Positions 19,795-24,000 of a stretch of DNA of 24,000 nucleotides are shown here, piece by piece. Within the stretch, counting starts at the first letter, position 1. Every line of letters begins with the position of its first letter. The DNA lies in assembly GCA_039029375.1 (NCBI GenBank), contig JBCCGH010000020.1:26409-50408 (forward strand). Reading direction: 5' to 3'. The stretch is from Planctomycetota bacterium. GTDB lineage: Bacteria; Planctomycetota; UBA1135; UBA2386. The notes below the pieces were generated by a model. It made no database searches, was not told the DNA's origin, and was given only the letters and a program-made list of their open reading frames with translations. Position numbers and translations under genes: made by a program.

Positions 19795-21059
19795 CAGCGC
19801 CTCCCTGCGATTCGGCAATGGGTGTCGGCGGGTATGATCGTCACGGTGTTCGCTGCGATCGTCTCGTTGGAGTCAATCATCAGGAGAGCCAGCGGGACCC
19901 AGCCGGAGTTGAACTCGGGGTTCTTGTGCTCAGACCGCCACCACTCCGGCAGCGCGCTCTCAGCGGCCACCGCCCCGGTGTTATGCGAGACGGCTCCGAG
20001 CTGGACCGCGAGGGTCCCGTCGGAGACCTTCATCCAGATGGCCTTGACGTCGGCGTTGTTGCCGCCGTTGCTGCCCCGAGAGCCGCCGTTGTCGTAGTCC
20101 GGTTGCACGGAGGAGAACAGCTCGGTTGCGCCACTGTTCAGCGCCGCGCCGGTCCTCAGGTAAACCTGGAACGCCGTCGGGTCTGCGGGCGTGATCGCCT
20201 GCTCCTGCCAGTCGCTCCCGTCCCAGTGATGCAGGGAGCCGGGGAGGACCGCCACGTCGGAGCCGGAGACAACCACGTCTAGACCTTGGCGCACATAGGA
20301 GAGCGCTGCTGAGATTTCGTCAGGGATACCGCCGGCGTCGGCGTGAGTGTGCCCGAGGGCGGAATACACCGCGTCGTGGTTGTGCCCTGAGTCGGCGTAG
20401 GTGCCGTCGTGGTTGTGCGTGCCCGCCGCAAACCCAGTGTGCGTGTGTGCGACGTCGGCATAGTCCGCGTCATGGTCGTGATCGGCTGAGGCGAAGTCGC
20501 CGTCGTGAACGTGACTGATCGACGCGTACTCCGCGTGAACGTGGCCCGTCTCCGAGTAGATTCCCGCATGGTCATGCGCCAGCGCCGCGTAGGCCGCGTC
20601 GTGATCGTGTGCGATCGCGGAGTAGTCTGCGTCGTGATTGTGATCGCCGCCCGGCGGGTGAACGTGCCCAATCCCCGCGTAGCGGAGATCAAAGACCGGG
20701 GTGTGATCGTGATCGGAGAACGCGTAGACATCGTCGTGGTGGTGCGCATAGGCCGCATAGAGATCGTCGTGAACGTGCTCCACCGGGGCATGAATCCCGG
20801 CGTGGTCGTGCGCCTTCGCCGCGTATGCGTCGTTGTGGTTGTGTACCAAGCGCGCGTACCGGATGTCATGCTGGTGATCGCGGTCCGCATATTGATCCGC
20901 GTGCGAGTGACCGAGCTTCGAGAAGACGATGTCCAGGGGCGGCTGGGGTGAGCCAGCCGTGATCCCTGCGTTCCAGGCTTCGATGACTTCCACCGCATCG
21001 CGGTAGCGCTGAAGGAGGTCGTTGAGCTGTGCTGCCAGCTCGGCGTTCGATACGTCCAT
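19794..21059 (-). CDS. Second tail-fibre protein with 18 His-x-His repeats and a C-terminal globular domain
   Basis: 421 aa. Residues about 50-240 carry 18 HxH motifs at a period of roughly 10-11 residues (GHSHADQYA, DHQHDIRYA, VHNHNDAYA, AHDHAGIHA, EHVHDDLYA ... GHTHADAGG). The start overlaps the stop of the gp17-like fibre gene (TAATG). Confidence 0.8.
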   Translation of the reverse strand: MDVSNAELAAQLNDLLQRYRDAVEVIEAWNAGITAGSPQPPLDIVFSKLGHSHADQYADRDHQHDIRYARLVHNHNDAYAAKAHDHAGIHAPVEHVHDDLYAAYAHHHDDVYAFSDHDHTPVFDLRYAGIGHVHPPGGDHNHDADYSAIAHDHDAAYAALAHDHAGIYSETGHVHAEYASISHVHDGDFASADHDHDADYADVAHTHTGFAAGTHNHDGTYADSGHNHDAVYSALGHTHADAGGIPDEISAALSYVRQGLDVVVSGSDVAVLPGSLHHWDGSDWQEQAITPADPTAFQVYLRTGAALNSGATELFSSVQPDYDNGGSRGSNGGNNADVKAIWMKVSDGTLAVQLGAVSHNTGAVAAESALPEWWRSEHKNPEFNSGWVPLALLMIDSNETIAANTVTIIPADTHCRIAGRR

Positions 21060-23317
21060 TAATCCTCCGTGCTTCGGATGCTGATTGTTTGAGTCATGTA
21101 TGTGAAGCCGCTATGCAGGTTGCCCCTCGCGGTGAGGCGGGCGCGGTACTCGATGTTCCCGCTGCCCGCGCCTGCGTCCGTGAACGTGTGAGAGCCCGCC
21201 ATGGACTCGTTCGCGTTCCAGAAGGTACCGAGTTCGTTCAACTCCTGGTCCTCTTGGTTAGGACCGCTGAAGGTGAATGAATCGAGGAAGACCCAGCCGC
21301 CGCCGTTTACACGACGATGGACTTCGATAGTGGCGTCGATGGTGTCGCCGTGGTCTCCTGGCGGGTTCGTCGTAGAGAGGATCACCTGGTTTGCGTAGGA
21401 GTAGCTCAGGACGAGCTGCTTGTTGCCGCCGTTGGTTCCGAACGGACCCACGATGATCTCCGCGTCCGGCAGTAGGCTCTGCGTGGAGTTCGCGTGAGTC
21501 AGCGCGCCGGCGCTCAGGGAACCACCAAAGTAGGCCGAGCCGTCGGTCGCGAGGTACATCGTCGCATTCGCGCGGGAGCACAGCGACACGTCGCCGCCGG
21601 CAGGCCGCACACCGAACCACTCGATGAGGTCCGAGTCCACGCCAAAGCCAACGCCCTGCACTTTCATGTGGGTGCCGTTGTCGAAGATGATCCGACCGGC
21701 TGCGACATTCAGGTCGCCGTCAACGTCCACGTTGGCGGACAGCGAGCCGTCTACGAGTTTGTCTACGGACAGCGTGCCGATGTTCGCCGTGTCGATCACG
21801 ACGTTGCCCATCGTGACGACGCCTTCGGAGACGCTGAAGGGAACGATCGGATCACTCAGTCCGTTGCCGGGGTCCACAATGCCGAACTTGTTGGCGGCGA
21901 CGATGAACTCGGAGACAACGCTACCGTCATTATCCTCGCTCAGGAGACCGAAGCCGGCCACGTGACCGTTCACGTCTACCTTCACGGCATACTTGGCGGA
22001 GATACCGCCCACCGAGGACTGCACGGTGGTCAGCACGGCTTCGTTGGTGTCCACCTGTGACTGGAGGGTGGCGCGCGCGCTCGCTTCGGCAGAGACCGCG
22101 TCGCTTCGCGCCGTCTGTTCGGCCAGGATCGCGGCCTCATTGTCGGCAACGTCGGTCGTCAGGCCGGTGATGCTGCTGGCTTGCGCGGTGATGTCGGCTT
22201 CGGTCTGCGTTACTCGCGTGTCGAGCGCGGCGATAGCCGCTGCCGACGCCGGATCGGTTGAACCGGAAGCCGCAGCGATTGCGGCATCGAGCGCCACTAT
22301 GTTCGAGGCGTTCGTCGCAATGCCGCCTTCAGCAGTCGTCACGCGCGTCTCCAGCGCATCCACGGCGGAAGCCTCGGCGTAGTCGCCGTCAGGGTCGCCA
22401 AGCTGCGTCTGGAGCTGAGTGATCGCTGACGATTGCGCCGTCAGCGTTTCGCCGTGGTCAGTAACGGTGGTATTGAGGATTCTCTGCGCCGAGGAGGACA
22501 CGGCGAGGTCGATGGAAGTATCGACAAGGTGCGAAAGGATGGCATCGAGGAGGGCTTCGTGGTCGGCCACGCGGGCGTCTGCGAGAGAAATCCACGCGCC
22601 TGCGTCGGAGTTCCAGAAGCTGGGCTCGTTGTTCTGTGCCGAGTTGTACCAGATTGCGCGGTTCGGGATCGGGTCGGGGATACCGTCCACACCTGGCACG
22701 GGCTCGGAGGCTTGGATAAACACCCGGCCGCCGACGCTCGCGCCTGCGCCGGCGAGCAGTTCGTTGATCGTCGCGTCGGCCCCGAGGCGGCTCAGGCGCT
22801 CGTTGTCGATGATGGCCTGAAGGTTCAGGATCGACTCGGCGTTCAGCTCGGAGCCGGCGACGTTGCCGAGCAGTTCATTCACCAGGTCAGACTGGAGAAC
22901 CTCGGCGATCATCGCGTCCACAAAGGACTCAGTGTCCGTGGCGATCACGCCTTCTTCGCCGGCGATGCGCAGCGCGCCCGCTTCGAGAAGATGCCGGAAG
23001 CTGTCTTCGACTTCCTCGGTTCGGTACTGCTTCTGGCGATGCGCGAGGTCGAGTTCCGCCTCAGTGATTACCGCGCCGTTCTCGAAGTCCACCAGAGGCT
23101 CGTTCGGCGTCTTGCGGATCACCTCAACGGCCGAGCCGTTCGTGGGCGCAGCGAGAAACTCGATGTGCTGATCGTCCGCCCATCGGTAGTTCGACGGGTC
23201 GAGCTGGAGGGAGCCGTTGAGTTCAACCAGCACATGCTCACGGTTGATGTAGGGGAAGGAGACCGTGAACAGCGTGGTCTCACCATTGGCGGTGTACAGG
23301 GTTCTGGCGTTTGCCAT
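21059..23317 (-). CDS. Tail fibre protein (T7 gp17-type N-terminal domain, Ala-rich coiled-coil shaft, distal binding domain)
   Basis: The N-terminus MANARTLYTANGETTLFTVSFPYINREHVLVELNG...LVDFENGAVITEAELD follows the T7 gp17 N-terminal pattern. The central region has heptad-like repeats (ALETRVTTAE, ALDTRVTQTE). The segment KYAVKVDVNGHVAGFGL is common in phage fibre and tip proteins. Confidence 0.9.
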   Translation of the reverse strand: MANARTLYTANGETTLFTVSFPYINREHVLVELNGSLQLDPSNYRWADDQHIEFLAAPTNGSAVEVIRKTPNEPLVDFENGAVITEAELDLAHRQKQYRTEEVEDSFRHLLEAGALRIAGEEGVIATDTESFVDAMIAEVLQSDLVNELLGNVAGSELNAESILNLQAIIDNERLSRLGADATINELLAGAGASVGGRVFIQASEPVPGVDGIPDPIPNRAIWYNSAQNNEPSFWNSDAGAWISLADARVADHEALLDAILSHLVDTSIDLAVSSSAQRILNTTVTDHGETLTAQSSAITQLQTQLGDPDGDYAEASAVDALETRVTTAEGGIATNASNIVALDAAIAAASGSTDPASAAAIAALDTRVTQTEADITAQASSITGLTTDVADNEAAILAEQTARSDAVSAEASARATLQSQVDTNEAVLTTVQSSVGGISAKYAVKVDVNGHVAGFGLLSEDNDGSVVSEFIVAANKFGIVDPGNGLSDPIVPFSVSEGVVTMGNVVIDTANIGTLSVDKLVDGSLSANVDVDGDLNVAAGRIIFDNGTHMKVQGVGFGVDSDLIEWFGVRPAGGDVSLCSRANATMYLATDGSAYFGGSLSAGALTHANSTQSLLPDAEIIVGPFGTNGGNKQLVLSYSYANQVILSTTNPPGDHGDTIDATIEVHRRVNGGGWVFLDSFTFSGPNQEDQELNELGTFWNANESMAGSHTFTDAGAGSGNIEYRARLTARGNLHSGFTYMTQTISIRSTED

Positions 23318-23385
23318 TGAGTGGTCTCCGAGGGAATAGGGACGCCCGGCCTTGCACCGGGCGAGGAGAGGAGCCTGGGGAAGGC

Positions 23386-24000
23386 TCAGGGGGAGGGGGA
23401 GGGGGAGTTGCCGCGCAGCAGTTCAGCAGCGCGGACTTTGCGGTCGCGGATGCGCGCAGCGAGGTCGGGGTACTCCGCCAGCAGCCGCCGCTTGGCGAGG
23501 CTCTTCGCGCCGGAGTAGATCGCCTTGAGCTGCGCCTCTTTGCCGCCCGTGTCGAAGTCCGACTCGGTAGCGTTGCGGTACGCGGGCGTCTGTATGTGCG
23601 CCCGCAGGAGGTCCTCCAGCGTGCGTCCACCGAACTGCTCGTAGCGCTCCTGCCCGATGAACTTCAGGAAGTCCGAGCGCTGCCTAGTGGTGAGATTCAC
23701 ACCGTCCAGCGAAGCGGGGATCGGAGAGAAGTCGTAGGAGAGTCGCGCGAGTTCCTGATCGAGTGGGTCGTCAGATTCCGCCGAGGAGGCGAAGGGATTG
23801 ATCCAGTGCCATTGGTGGTTCTGACGGACGATCTCTCGGCCGAGGTAGTCGCGGATCGGGGGAAGCTCTGAGGATTCGCCGGGTATTCCGCGAGAGAGCC
23901 GCTCACTGATCTCCTGCGCCTGCCGGACCACCGGGTCCTGCGTCTGCGCTACGCTGCGGAACAGCGAGGAGAACGGCACGAGCTTGTTGAGCTGGTCGCC
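23386..24000 (-). CDS. C-terminal part of a large virion protein (T7 gp16 position, internal virion protein); 5' end lies outside the window
   Basis: The reading frame is open to the window edge (GDQLNKLVPFSSLF...), so the M in the ORF track is an internal GTG. Function is assigned only from its position immediately upstream of the gp17-like fibre gene. Confidence 0.45.
   Translation of the reverse strand, partial: GDQLNKLVPFSSLFRSVAQTQDPVVRQAQEISERLSRGIPGESSELPPIRDYLGREIVRQNHQWHWINPFASSAESDDPLDQELARLSYDFSPIPASLDGVNLTTRQRSDFLKFIGQERYEQFGGRTLEDLLRAHIQTPAYRNATESDFDTGGKEAQLKAIYSGAKSLAKRRLLAEYPDLAARIRDRKVRAAELLRGNSPSPSP

Larger units (their letters stand above)
5932..24000 (-). mobile_element. 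Integrated T7-like (Autographiviridae-like) prophage, left part only; continues past the window end
   Basis: It begins at the 3' end of tRNA-His with an adjacent tyrosine integrase. GC is lower than in the flanking chromosome. It carries a gp19-like large terminase, a gp18-size small terminase, a tail fibre with a gp17-type N-terminus and a gp16-position protein, in T7 order and all on one strand. The att core probably overlaps the tRNA 3' end, so the exact left boundary is uncertain. Confidence 0.85.

Noticed and set aside
23318-23385. Hairpin CGCCCGG-UGCAAGG-CCGGGCG after the gp16-position gene, preceded by a CCCTCCCCCTCCCCC tract; considered as a terminator or RNase site
   Set aside because: The downstream tract is only weakly U-rich and the fibre gene starts 30 nt later. 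A role as a partial terminator or processing site cannot be judged from sequence alone.

Overview
The window joins an ordinary chromosomal segment to one end of an integrated T7-like prophage. Bases 1-5931 are high-GC (roughly 70% by eye) and carry a DUF58-like C-terminus, a TgpA-like transglutaminase, a DUF1289 protein, miaE, lpxH, folD and a tRNA-Pro/Arg/His operon. From the 3' end of tRNA-His to base 24000, GC drops to roughly 60% with AT-rich islands, and every gene but one is on the minus strand. The T7-like call rests on the late-gene order. A gp16-like internal virion protein C-terminus is followed by a tail fibre with a gp17-type N-terminus, a second fibre protein, a holin-like protein, a small terminase and a gp19-like large terminase. 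An accessory region of about 10 kb follows, then a MarR-like regulator, a tyrosine integrase and a small paralogue of the integrase N-terminus next to tRNA-His. The main discovery is in the accessory region. An operon of about 6.9 kb (about 14882 down to the terminator at 7974-8002) starts from host-type TTGACA promoters. It encodes an ArdA-like acidic protein and a pentapeptide-repeat protein, both possible DNA mimics, and two large enzyme-like proteins. Three intergenic hammerhead motifs interrupt it. Two have a complete catalytic core (type III at 13224-13274, type II at 11195-11288). The third (13970-14021) differs from consensus at one core position and carries the Shine-Dalgarno sequence in its loop II. 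Other notable items are a perfect 90-bp tandem duplication inside the pentapeptide gene and a fibre protein with 18 His-x-His motifs. There are also three or four tandem cassettes pairing a small protein with a roughly 40-aa membrane peptide, and several recurrent intergenic motifs. All functional calls come from reading motifs by eye; no searches were run.
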